Positions 1 through 11,120 of a stretch of 32,000 nt of DNA are shown one piece after another. The translations under genes were made by a program, and so were the position numbers. The stretch is from an uncultured Oceanicaulis sp. (GTDB taxonomy: Bacteria; Pseudomonadota; Alphaproteobacteria; Caulobacterales; Maricaulaceae). The stretch spans positions 27,975 through 59,974 of the forward strand of contig CAZAGE010000015.1 in NCBI GenBank assembly GCA_964484345.1, read 5' to 3'. The stretch's first letter is position 1. Every line of letters starts with the position of its first letter. The notes under the pieces were generated by a model. It did no database searches and had not been told where the DNA came from. It saw only the letters and a program-made list of their open reading frames with translations.

Positions 1-247
1 GGGGAAATCCCGACCGTTCAAAGCGTGTCATACCTTCGCAGGCGCCTGCCCGCTGGACGGGCGCCATGCGCGGCGCGCCTGCGGGGCGACCGGCTGAAGC
101 TTCCCCGCCCCGCGGACCGGTCTCGCCGGCCCAGCCTAAGCGCTGCCGATCGGCGGTCGCGAACCTCTTTGCCGCGTTTCATTTTCCTGACGACCCAGCA
201 TACTCAAAGAGTTATGCTCTTAACCTGAGGCTTGGAGGTCTGCTGAC

Positions 248-1135
248 ATGCGTTTGGTCATCCCCCTGCCGGGCAATGACGCCTTCGCCGAGGCGATCGC
301 GCAGCACGCCGGTTTTGAGCTTGGCGCGCTTGAGGTCCGGCGCTTTCCCGATCAGGAGAGCTATGTACGCTTGCTGAGCGAGGTCGAGGGCCGGGATATC
401 GATTTCGCCTGCACGCTGGCCAAACCCGACCCGGGCTTTCTTCAACTGATTTTCGCCGCGGACGCGGCTCGGTCACTAGGCGCGCGCACGGTCAATCTGG
501 CCGCACCCTATCTCGCCTATATGCGCCAGGACAAGCGCTTCAAACCCGGCGAGGCGGTCACCTCGCTCAGCTTTGCGCGCCTGTTATCCTCAAGCTTCGA
601 TCATCTGGTCACCGTCGATCCGCATCTGCATCGCCACCCGTCGCTGGACGCGCTCTACACCCTATCCTCCACGACCTTGCACGCTGCGCCTGTGCTGGCT
701 GGGTGGATTGGTCGTGAAGTCGAGGCTCCGCTGTTGATCGGCCCGGATGCGGAAAGCGAGCAATGGGTTGGCGAGAGCGCGCGCGCCATCAATGCACCTT
801 ACGCCGTCTTGAGCAAAACGCGGCACGGCGATCGAAGCGTCGAGATCACCTTGCCGGATCTGTCCGTATGGGCGGGGCGCCAGCCGGTGCTGATCGACGA
901 CATCGCCTCCTCCGGCCGCACCTTGATCGAGGCGGCGAAGAAACTTGGCCAAGCCGGGTTTGCGCCGCCGGTCTGCGCGGTGGTCCATCCTCTGTTCGCG
1001 GAAGATGCGTTTGAGGCGCTGCGTGCGGTGAGCGCCGACATCATCTCCACCGATTGCGTGCCGCATCCAAGCAACCGCGTCTCGCTGGCGCCTTTGATCG
1101 CCGAAACCCTATCAGGCTTGAGGGATGCGCCATGA
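248..1135 (+). CDS. ribose-phosphate pyrophosphokinase (PRPP synthetase) family protein, short 295-aa form
   Basis: 295-aa ORF. GGAGG (234-238) lies 9 nt before ATG 248. It carries the PRPP-binding loop 'PVLIDDIASSGRTLIEAA' and has Prs-like overall layout. Its stop overlaps the next gene's start (ATGA at 1132-1135). Confidence 0.8.
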   Translation: MRLVIPLPGNDAFAEAIAQHAGFELGALEVRRFPDQESYVRLLSEVEGRDIDFACTLAKPDPGFLQLIFAADAARSLGARTVNLAAPYLAYMRQDKRFKPGEAVTSLSFARLLSSSFDHLVTVDPHLHRHPSLDALYTLSSTTLHAAPVLAGWIGREVEAPLLIGPDAESEQWVGESARAINAPYAVLSKTRHGDRSVEITLPDLSVWAGRQPVLIDDIASSGRTLIEAAKKLGQAGFAPPVCAVVHPLFAEDAFEALRAVSADIISTDCVPHPSNRVSLAPLIAETLSGLRDAP

Positions 1136-3492
1136 CCCAGAGCCCCGCTCAGCTTTGGCAAGCCGGATGCGGCCCCATCGTCCACAGGCCGGAGACGATC
1201 CAGCGCGCAGAAACCCTGCTGCACCGCCCCGGCATCGATGAAGCGACGCTATTCGGCCAGCTCGCCGCCGCAGACCGGCTGACCTGCGCCGCCATGTGGA
1301 CGATCACGCATATGACCTATGCCCGCCGCGTGGACCTGTCCGGCGCGCCGCTGCCGCGCGAGGCGTTCAAGCCCGATCCGCAGGGCCATACCGGCGGCTC
1401 GCTGAATATGGCGCCCGCCTTCGTGGGATATCTTTTGGCCAATGCGATAAGCGGCCACACCCGCGCCTGGCTGATGGGGCAGGGTCATTGCGTCGCGGCG
1501 ATTGAAGCCGTCAATGCGCTCACCGGCGATGTCTCGCCCCGACAGCGCGGACGCTATGATCGCACCCAGGCCGGCTTGTCGCACCTGGTGTCGGACTTCT
1601 ACAGCTATGCCATCGATCCCTCCGGCCGGCCCGGCGTGCCCCTGGGCAGCCATGCCGGTCCCGATACCGCGGGAGCGGTGTCTGAAGGCGGCTATCTCGG
1701 CTTCGCCGGCGTTCAATATGTGCATATGCCGCTGCCGGGCGAGCGCCTGGTCGCCTTCTTGAGTGACGGCGCCTTTGAGGAACAGCGCGGCTCGGACTGG
1801 TCGCCGCGCTGGTGGCGGGCGGAGGATTGCGGCCTGTCCGTGCCGGTGATGATCCTTAACGGGCGCCGGATCGAAGAACGCACTCAAATCGCGCAAGAGG
1901 GCGGCGCGGCTTGGTTCGCTGCTGATCTCGCCCATAACGGCTTTGACCCCATCCTGATTGACGGCCGCGACCCGGCCGCCTTCGCCTGGGCGATCTTGGA
2001 AGCGGAGGCGCGGCTAGAAGCCTTTGCGTCCGACCCAGACCGCCGCTACCCGGCGCGCCTGCCCTATATCATCGCGGAAACGGAAAAGGGGTTCGGCTTC
2101 CCGGGCGCTGACGCCAACGAAGCCCATAACCTGCCGCTGAAGGGCAATCCTTTCGATGATGCTGACGCACGTGAGGCGTTTAACGCCGGCGCCGCCAAGC
2201 TTTTCGTGCCGCCTGAGGCGCTGGAGCAGGCGGTCGGCGCGTTGGCGACCCATAGCGCGCAAGCACGGCCGCTGGAAAGCGGTCACCCTTTGGCGTCGCG
2301 CCAACCGCCTGCGCCTGATCTTCCCAGCCCGGATTGGCGCAAGCTTGAGGCGCGGTCAGCCAGCGCGATGCAGGCTTTGGATGATTGGTTCGTGCGCTTT
2401 GTCGACGCCAATCCGACGCTGCGCGTCCGCGTCGGCAATCCCGATGAGCTGCGCAGCAACAAGATGGGCGCCACGCTCGACCGGCTAAAGCACCGGGTGA
2501 ACCAGCCAGAGCCCGGCATCGCCGAAGCGGTTGATGGCGCGGTGATCACCGCGCTCAACGAAGAAGCCGTCGCCGGCGCCGCTCTGGGTAATAAGGGCGG
2601 GCTTAATCTCATCGTCAGCTATGAAGCCTTTGCGGTGAAGATGCTGGGCCTTATGCGCCAGGAGATTATCTTCGCGCGGCGTCAAAAGGAGGTCGGAGCA
2701 GCGCCGGGCTGGCTCTCAATCCCTTTGCTTGCGAGCTCCCATGTCTGGGAGAACGCCAAGAATGAGCAATCCCACCAAGATCCAACCCTCGGGGAAGCGC
2801 TGCTCGGCGAGATGTCGGACACCTCGCGCGTGATGTTCCCGGTCGACGCCAACTCGGCCATGGGGTGCCTGAAAGCGCTTTATGGCGGGCGCGGGGAATT
2901 CGCCTGCCTGATCGTGCCCAAGAAGCCCTTGCCCCATCGCTTGGGCGCCGCTGCAGCGCAAGCGCTCGCCGCCGATGGCGCGGTTCATGTCCAAGGCGAG
3001 GCGGATGCAGCGGATGTGCAGCTTGTCGCCATCGGCGGATATCAGCTCGTCGAGGTCCTCAAAGCCGCAGAGCGGCTGTCGGCGCAGGGCATCGCGCCGC
3101 TGGTCACCGTGCTGGCGGAGCCTGGCCGCTTCCGGGCTCCCCGCGACGAGATCGAGGCGGCGTTCACGGCGTCTGACGATCAGGTTGAGGCGCTGTTCCC
3201 GAGCCGAACGCCGCGCGTTCTTGCCTGCCACACCCGGCCTGAACCGATGCTCGGTGTCTTGCGCCGGATCGACGCCGGGCCAGGGCGCACAGCGGCGTGC
3301 GGCTATATCAACCGCGGCGGTACGCTGGATGTGGCCGGCCTTTTGTTCGCCAACCGCTGCAGCTGGGCGCATTTGGTGGAGGCGGCGGCCTCGGTGTTGG
3401 ATCGACCGGTTTCCGGCCTGTTGTCAGAAGACGAGATCGCAGCGCTCGCCGGGCGCGGCGATCCGACTGTCATCATGAAACCGAAAGGGTGA
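1132..3492 (+). CDS. xfp: phosphoketolase (xylulose-5-P/fructose-6-P phosphoketolase family)
   Basis: The track ORF is 1054-3492. I chose ATG 1132 because it forms an ATGA overlap with the upstream stop. The result is 786 aa, a typical Xfp length. The TPP-enzyme-like segments 'GHTGGSLNMAP', 'GQGHCVAAIEA', 'SEGGYLGF' and 'NPDELRSNKM' are consistent with phosphoketolases. Confidence 0.85.
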   Translation: MTQSPAQLWQAGCGPIVHRPETIQRAETLLHRPGIDEATLFGQLAAADRLTCAAMWTITHMTYARRVDLSGAPLPREAFKPDPQGHTGGSLNMAPAFVGYLLANAISGHTRAWLMGQGHCVAAIEAVNALTGDVSPRQRGRYDRTQAGLSHLVSDFYSYAIDPSGRPGVPLGSHAGPDTAGAVSEGGYLGFAGVQYVHMPLPGERLVAFLSDGAFEEQRGSDWSPRWWRAEDCGLSVPVMILNGRRIEERTQIAQEGGAAWFAADLAHNGFDPILIDGRDPAAFAWAILEAEARLEAFASDPDRRYPARLPYIIAETEKGFGFPGADANEAHNLPLKGNPFDDADAREAFNAGAAKLFVPPEALEQAVGALATHSAQARPLESGHPLASRQPPAPDLPSPDWRKLEARSASAMQALDDWFVRFVDANPTLRVRVGNPDELRSNKMGATLDRLKHRVNQPEPGIAEAVDGAVITALNEEAVAGAALGNKGGLNLIVSYEAFAVKMLGLMRQEIIFARRQKEVGAAPGWLSIPLLASSHVWENAKNEQSHQDPTLGEALLGEMSDTSRVMFPVDANSAMGCLKALYGGRGEFACLIVPKKPLPHRLGAAAAQALAADGAVHVQGEADAADVQLVAIGGYQLVEVLKAAERLSAQGIAPLVTVLAEPGRFRAPRDEIEAAFTASDDQVEALFPSRTPRVLACHTRPEPMLGVLRRIDAGPGRTAACGYINRGGTLDVAGLLFANRCSWAHLVEAAASVLDRPVSGLLSEDEIAALAGRGDPTVIMKPKG

Positions 3493-3496
3493 CGCC

Positions 3497-4858
3497 ATGT
3501 TGACCCTCACCTGCCTGGGCGGGGCCGGGACCGTCACCGGCTCCAAGCACCTCCTCACCCATAAGGGCCGGCGCATTCTCATCGATTGCGGCATGTTCCA
3601 GGGCTTGAAAAATCTCCGTGAGCTGAACTGGGAGCCTTTGCCGATCGCGCCGTCGAGCATTGATGCGGTGGTGCTGACGCATGCTCATCTCGATCATTGC
3701 GGCTATCTGCCCAGGCTGGTCGCCAATGGGTTTCGCGGCTCTGTCCACGCCACTTCGGCGACGGCGGATGTGGCGGAGATCATTCTTCGCGATGCAGGCT
3801 ATCTGCAGGAGAAGGACGCCGAATACGCCAACCGCAAGGGTTTCACCAAGCATAAGCCGGCCTTGCCGCTTTACACCGGCGAGGATGTCGAGCGCGCGCT
3901 GGGCCTGTTCGCGCCAGCGGGCTTTGACGAAACCATATCTCTGCCTGGCGGGGCCGAACTCAATTTCCGGCGCGCCGGCCATATCCTCGGCGCGTCTATC
4001 GTTGAGATTGAATGGGCGGGGCGGCGCATTGTGGTCTCGGGAGATCTGGGCCGCTATGGCGATCCGATGATGTTCGATCCGACGCCTGTTTCGGACGCTG
4101 ACTATGTGCTGCTGGAATCCACCTATGGCGACCGCTTGCACGAAGCTGACGACCCATTGGAGGAGCTCGGCGCCATTGTTGAGCGGACGATTAAGCGTGG
4201 CGGCACTTTGCTGATCCCGTCCTTCGCGGTCGGCCGCGCGCAGCTTATTCTCTACTATCTCTGGCAATTGAAGCGGGCGGGCCGGATGAATTCCGTGCCG
4301 ATCTATATGGACAGCCCGATGGCGATCGACGCGACGGACTTGCTGCGCGACCATATCCAGGATCACCGCCTCGACCGCGACAGTTGCCGGGAAATGTGCG
4401 CGATCGCCGAATACACGCGCGATGTCGAGCAATCCAAGGCGATCACCGCCAGCCGCTATCCCAAAGTGGTGATCTCCGCCAGCGGCATGGCGACGGGCGG
4501 CCGGATTTTGCATCATCTCAAAGCGTTCGGGCCGGATAGGCGCAGCACCATTTTGTTCGCGGGGTATCAAGCGGCCGGCACCCGAGGGCGCCGGCTGCTG
4601 CGCGGTAAGCGGGAGGTGAAAATCCATGGAAGGTGGATTCCCATTGAGGCGGAAGTCGCTGACCTGTCCCAGCTGTCCGCCCACGCCGATGCGGACGAAT
4701 TGATGCGCTGGCTGTCCGGCTTCCAACGTGAGCCGGAGCGGATCTTCATCGTCCATGGTGAGCCCGAAGCGTCCGACGCGCTGCGCGTGCGCATTCAAGG
4801 CGAGGAGCTCGGCTGGCGCGCCAGCGTGCCCCGCCCCGACCAGGTGTTTGATCTATGA
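3497..4858 (+). CDS. metallo-beta-lactamase fold hydrolase with beta-CASP domain (RNase J/CPSF-like RNA-metabolising family)
   Basis: 453 aa. Motifs: HxHxDH 'LTHAHLDHCG', 'LLESTYGDRLH' (beta-CASP ESTYG signature) and 'LSAHADADEL' near the C-terminus. An AAGGGTG SD precedes the start, and only 4 nt separate it from the xfp stop. Confidence 0.85.
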   Translation: MLTLTCLGGAGTVTGSKHLLTHKGRRILIDCGMFQGLKNLRELNWEPLPIAPSSIDAVVLTHAHLDHCGYLPRLVANGFRGSVHATSATADVAEIILRDAGYLQEKDAEYANRKGFTKHKPALPLYTGEDVERALGLFAPAGFDETISLPGGAELNFRRAGHILGASIVEIEWAGRRIVVSGDLGRYGDPMMFDPTPVSDADYVLLESTYGDRLHEADDPLEELGAIVERTIKRGGTLLIPSFAVGRAQLILYYLWQLKRAGRMNSVPIYMDSPMAIDATDLLRDHIQDHRLDRDSCREMCAIAEYTRDVEQSKAITASRYPKVVISASGMATGGRILHHLKAFGPDRRSTILFAGYQAAGTRGRRLLRGKREVKIHGRWIPIEAEVADLSQLSAHADADELMRWLSGFQREPERIFIVHGEPEASDALRVRIQGEELGWRASVPRPDQVFDL

Positions 4859-6370
4859 GCCTTCTCGACATCCCTTCCGAAGCCCGAGAGCGTCGTCCTA
4901 CCTTGCGCGCCAAGCGGCTGCATTTGAACACGCAGAGCGAGCCGGTCGTGGTGATGCGGACCGATTGCCATGTCTGCCGGTCCGAAGGCCTGTCCGCCCG
5001 CTCGCAAATTCTGCTGTCCAATAACAGCCATCAGGTGCAGGCGACGCTGTATCAGATTGAAGGCGGCGACCTGCTCGCGCCCGATGAGGCGGGTCTGTCT
5101 GAAAGTGCCTGGGATATTCTCAACATCGAGGATGGCGAGGCGGTCGAAGTTAGCCACGCGCCGATGTTGGAATCGCTCGCCCATGTGCGCCGTCGGATTT
5201 ATGGTGCGCGGCTGGACGGTGCGGCCTTTGACGCCATCGTGCGCGACGTGGTCGCCGGACGCTATACCGAGGTCCACCTGGCCGCCTTCCTGACCGGCAG
5301 CGCGGCCTTTCCCCTGGACGAGGCGGAAATCTATGAGCTGACCCGCGCCATGGTTGAAGTGGGCGATCGGCTCGATTGGGACTCTGATCTGGTGATGGAT
5401 AAACATTGCGTCGGGGGGGTGCCGGGTAACCGGACGACCCCGATCGTGGTGTCGATCGTCGCCTCTCACGGCCTTTTCATTCCCAAGACTTCCTCGCGCG
5501 CCATCACCTCACCGGCGGGGACGGCTGACACCATGGAGACGCTCGCGCCGGTGGACCTGGACATGACCGAGCTCAAGCGGGTGGTGGAGGCGGAGAATGG
5601 CTGCATCGCCTGGGGCGGCGCGGTCCATCTCAGCCCGGCCGACGACCGCTTTGTGAAGATCGAGCGGGAAATGGACATCGACACCGAAGGCCAGCTAATC
5701 GCCTCGGTCCTGTCGAAAAAAATCGCCGCAGGCGCGACCCATGTCGTCTTCGACATTCCCATCGGGGTGACAGCCAAGGTGCGCACCCAGGAGGATGGCG
5801 ACCGTTTGGCGCGGCTGACCGAAGCCGTCGCCGCACGCTTCGGCCTGAAGGTGCAGTGCCTCAAAACCGATGGGTCGCAGCCGGTCGGCCGCGGCATCGG
5901 ACCGGCGCTGGAGGCCCACGACGTGCTCGCGGTTCTTAAGAACCAGGCCGGCGCGCCAGATGACTTGCGGCAGCGCGCGGCTCTAATCGCGGGCGCGGCT
6001 CTCGAAATGGGCGGCAAGGCGGGCGCCGGGGCCGGCGCGCCGCTCGCGCTGGAGACGATCCGTGACGGCCGGGCCTGGTCGAAATTCCAGCGCATTTGCG
6101 AGGCGCAAGGCGGGCTGCGCATGCCGCCGCGCGCCCGGTGCCGACAGGCATTGCTGGCCCCTGTTTCGGGCCGGGTCGTGCATATCAATAGCCGTAAGCT
6201 CGCCAGACTGGCCAAACTCGCGGGCGCGCCCAAGGCGCAGGCGGCGGGCGTTCTGATGGAGATTCGCTTGGGCAGCGAGATCGAGCGCGGCCAACCCATG
6301 CTGCATGTCCACGCCGACACGCCCGCGGAGCTCGATTACGCGCTCGACTATGCCGAGCGCAGCCCGGACA

Positions 6371-6396
<26 letters not shown>
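4855..6396 (+). CDS. thymidine phosphorylase family protein, long form with N-terminal extra domain (archaeal AMP-phosphorylase-like)
   Basis: 513 aa. ATGA start/stop overlap at 4855-4858. The core glycosyl-transferase family 3 segments are 'DKHCVGGVPGNRTTPIVV' and 'SSRAITSPAGTADTME'. An extra N-terminal domain of about 90-100 aa precedes the helical domain, as in the roughly 500-aa 'putative thymidine phosphorylase'/AMP phosphorylase subgroup. Confidence 0.85.
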
Positions 6397-9037
<2,641 letters not shown>

Positions 9038-9161
9038 TGCGTCAGCAGGCTATGTTGGCGCCCGCCACTTTTACACGGTTGAGCGGAGGATTCATGGCGC
9101 GCGGCTTGGCTCGCTCCGCGAGGATCCTGGCTCATAGTGCGGGTCGGGTGCAGAGGATGGA

Positions 9162-9710
9162 TCAGGCGGCGACATGCCCGGCGATAAAATCATCAACAAA
9201 GGCGTAGAGCGCGGGCCAGTCAGTGAACTCCACGTCTTTGCCCGGGTCCACGGACATATCGAGCGTTTTCACCAGGCGCTTCGCCATCCAGCGTTTGAAG
9301 AAATCGAACTCGGTGAATTTCAGAGCGCCTGCGGCGTAGTGTACAGCGCGGGGCAGCCATTTCGTCTCGCCGCACAGAATATCGACATACTGCCGCATCT
9401 CTTCGACGTCTTCCGCTTCGCCGCTGGCGGCGTGAAGCGAGACGGAGACCAGCGCACAGGGCATGCGGGTAAGCGTTTCCGCGTTCTCACTGAGAAAGCG
9501 CCGGGCGGCGGGATGGTGCGCCTGGGCATGGACCGGCGCGACGACGATCACGCCGTCATGGTCGGAAAGGGCGGGTTGTTCCGCGTGGGGCGCTGAGGCG
9601 TTGAACCCATTGGCGGCATGTTTGCTGCGGGTCAGATGATCGACAATCAAACCCGCAATCCGTGCGGATTGGCCCTCCACCGTGGCATAGACAACAAGAA
9701 TGTCGGCCAT
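9162..9710 (-). CDS. flavodoxin-like protein of the HemG (menaquinone-dependent protoporphyrinogen oxidase) family
   Basis: The track ORF starts at TTG 9716. ATG 9710 is preferred because GAGGAG lies 6 nt upstream. The N-terminus 'ILVVYATVEGQSARIA' is a flavodoxin-type FMN loop. 'AGALKFTEFDFFKRWMAK' and 'VEFTDWPALYAFVDDF' parallel E. coli HemG 'AGALRYPRYRWYDRFMIK' and 'VVYTDWEQVANFAREI' (recalled from memory). Confidence 0.65.
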   Translation of the reverse strand: MADILVVYATVEGQSARIAGLIVDHLTRSKHAANGFNASAPHAEQPALSDHDGVIVVAPVHAQAHHPAARRFLSENAETLTRMPCALVSVSLHAASGEAEDVEEMRQYVDILCGETKWLPRAVHYAAGALKFTEFDFFKRWMAKRLVKTLDMSVDPGKDVEFTDWPALYAFVDDFIAGHVAA

Positions 9711-9756
9711 CCTCAACTCCTCATGATCTCGTCACCCGCGGCGCGGAGCCACAAAA

Positions 9757-9770
9757 TTGAACGCGTTCAA
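9757..9770. promoter_or_regulatory. perfect 14-bp palindrome TTGAACGCGTTCAA (FNR/FixK/CRP-type TTGA-N6-TCAA box)
   Basis: Read directly from the sequence. It is centred about 53 nt upstream of the hemG-like ATG (9710), in the divergent region shared with lacI. It matches 8/10 positions of the FNR consensus TTGAT-N4-ATCAA. Confidence 0.35.
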
Positions 9771-9949
9771 AAGGTAAGGCGGGCGCCTGGGCGGCGCAAC
9801 GCGGCGAGCCGCGGCAAAGTGTGCGTGAATCGAGGCGCGCACCCCGCACAAAAGCCGGCGTCTGCGGCCCGGCGCAATGACATGCTTGTCAATTTCGAGT
9901 TAGCAGGTGAGGTTTACGTGCTCTTTGACGCCGCCTGCAGGACAGAGGC

Positions 9950-10972
9950 ATGACGACGATCATTGATGTGGCGAAACGGGCCGGGGTCTCGATCAAGACC
10001 GTTTCGCGGGTCATGAACAACGCCGAGAATGTGCGCCCCGCCACCGCGGAGCGGGTGCGCCAAGCCATGGCTGAGCTGAACTATCAGCCCAGCACCGCCG
10101 CGCGCGAACTGCGCAGCGGACGCTCGCGCTTTATCGGCATGTTGTTCTCCGATCCGTCCAGCGGCTTCCAGGCGCGCCTGCATCACGCGGCCCTAAAGGC
10201 ATGCGCGGAAGCGGGCTATTTTCTCGCAGCGGGCCTGTTCGACGAATCCGATCCTGATTGGCGACGCCAGTTCAGTGATTTTCGACGCAAGACGCGCGCC
10301 GATAGTCTGGTCCTGGTGCCGCCGTTGTGCGATTCCGAGGAGCTTCAGCAGGAGCTTGCCGAACATAGGGTGGCGGCGGTGACCATCGCGCCCAGCAAAC
10401 CATCTGCTTATGCGCATACCGTGCGGATGGATGATTATGGCGCGGCGCGGGAGATCACCGAGCATTTGCTCGACTTGGGCCATGTGCGCCTGGGCCACCT
10501 GTCCGGGCCGGCCGGACACACCGCATCCAGTCAACGCCGCGCCGGTTTTGAGGACGCCATTAGGGCTCATGGCCGCGCGCAGGTGCGCGAGGATTGGATC
10601 CTTCCCGGCCTGTTCCGGTTTAAAGAGGCCATCGCCTCGGCCGAGCAAATGCTGGAGGGGCCGGAGCGGCCCACCGCCATTTTCGCCGCCAATGACGAAA
10701 CCGCGGCGGCCGTCTGCTTCACCGCAGGACGAATGGGTTTGCGGGTGCCGGAAGATCTTTCGGTCGCCGGATTTGACGATGTTCCGATCGCCACCACGCT
10801 GTGGCCGCCGCTCACCACGATTGCTCAGCCCTTTGATGCGATGGCGCGGGCCGTGGTCGAGCTGATTTCCCAGACGCCAACAGATCCAGGCGTGTCCTGG
10901 ACACCACAGACGCGAACGCTCGAGCACGCATTAAAAATCCGCGCCTCGACCGCGCCTCCCATAAAGCGCTGA
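9950..10972 (+). CDS. LacI family transcriptional regulator
   Basis: 340 aa. N-terminal HTH 'TIIDVAKRAGVSIKTVSRVMNN', followed by a periplasmic-binding-protein-like sugar-binding core ('IFAANDETAAAV', 'SVAGFDD'). Confidence 0.9.
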   Translation: MTTIIDVAKRAGVSIKTVSRVMNNAENVRPATAERVRQAMAELNYQPSTAARELRSGRSRFIGMLFSDPSSGFQARLHHAALKACAEAGYFLAAGLFDESDPDWRRQFSDFRRKTRADSLVLVPPLCDSEELQQELAEHRVAAVTIAPSKPSAYAHTVRMDDYGAAREITEHLLDLGHVRLGHLSGPAGHTASSQRRAGFEDAIRAHGRAQVREDWILPGLFRFKEAIASAEQMLEGPERPTAIFAANDETAAAVCFTAGRMGLRVPEDLSVAGFDDVPIATTLWPPLTTIAQPFDAMARAVVELISQTPTDPGVSWTPQTRTLEHALKIRASTAPPIKR

Positions 10973-11120
10973 TTTTTATGCGTTAAATGGCGACCCTGGT
11001 TCGGTCAGACGTCATGACAACGCGAGACAAAGAAATTGACAAGGATAGACATTTGCGGCTGAGTGATGGGATCGAGCGCACCGTCAGCCAAAATGATCGG
11101 GCGCATTCGGGGAGGTAATT

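Noticed and set aside
41-65. GC-rich imperfect hairpin GGCGCCTGCCCG-CTGGA-CGGGCGCC.
   Set aside because: Only about 5-6 bp pair cleanly and no U-tract follows, so it is not supportable as a terminator.
25-377. ORFs 25-228 and 66-377 (+) and 212-445 / 258-476 (-) in the leader region before prs. Frame 1 is open from base 1 to 228.
   Set aside because: The translations are Arg/Pro-rich with no motif. I cannot tell whether base 1-228 is the tail of an upstream gene, so no call is made.
3473-4798. 441-aa ORF on the minus strand, antisense to the beta-CASP MBL gene.
   Set aside because: It is a shadow ORF typical of high-GC DNA. The translation is R/A/G/P-rich with no recognisable motif, and it fully overlaps a gene with clear family signatures.
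9618-9953. 111-aa plus-strand ORF spanning the hemG-like start and the hemG-lacI intergenic region.
   Set aside because: It overlaps the hemG-like 5' end in antisense and has no SD or motif. The region is better explained as divergent promoter DNA.
10973-11120. Possible riboswitch or promoter in the 148-nt leader of the TonB-dependent receptor (TTGACA at 11036-11041).
   Set aside because: There is no recognisable riboswitch core (e.g. no B12 box) and no acceptable -10 hexamer 16-18 nt downstream of TTGACA. It is left uncalled.
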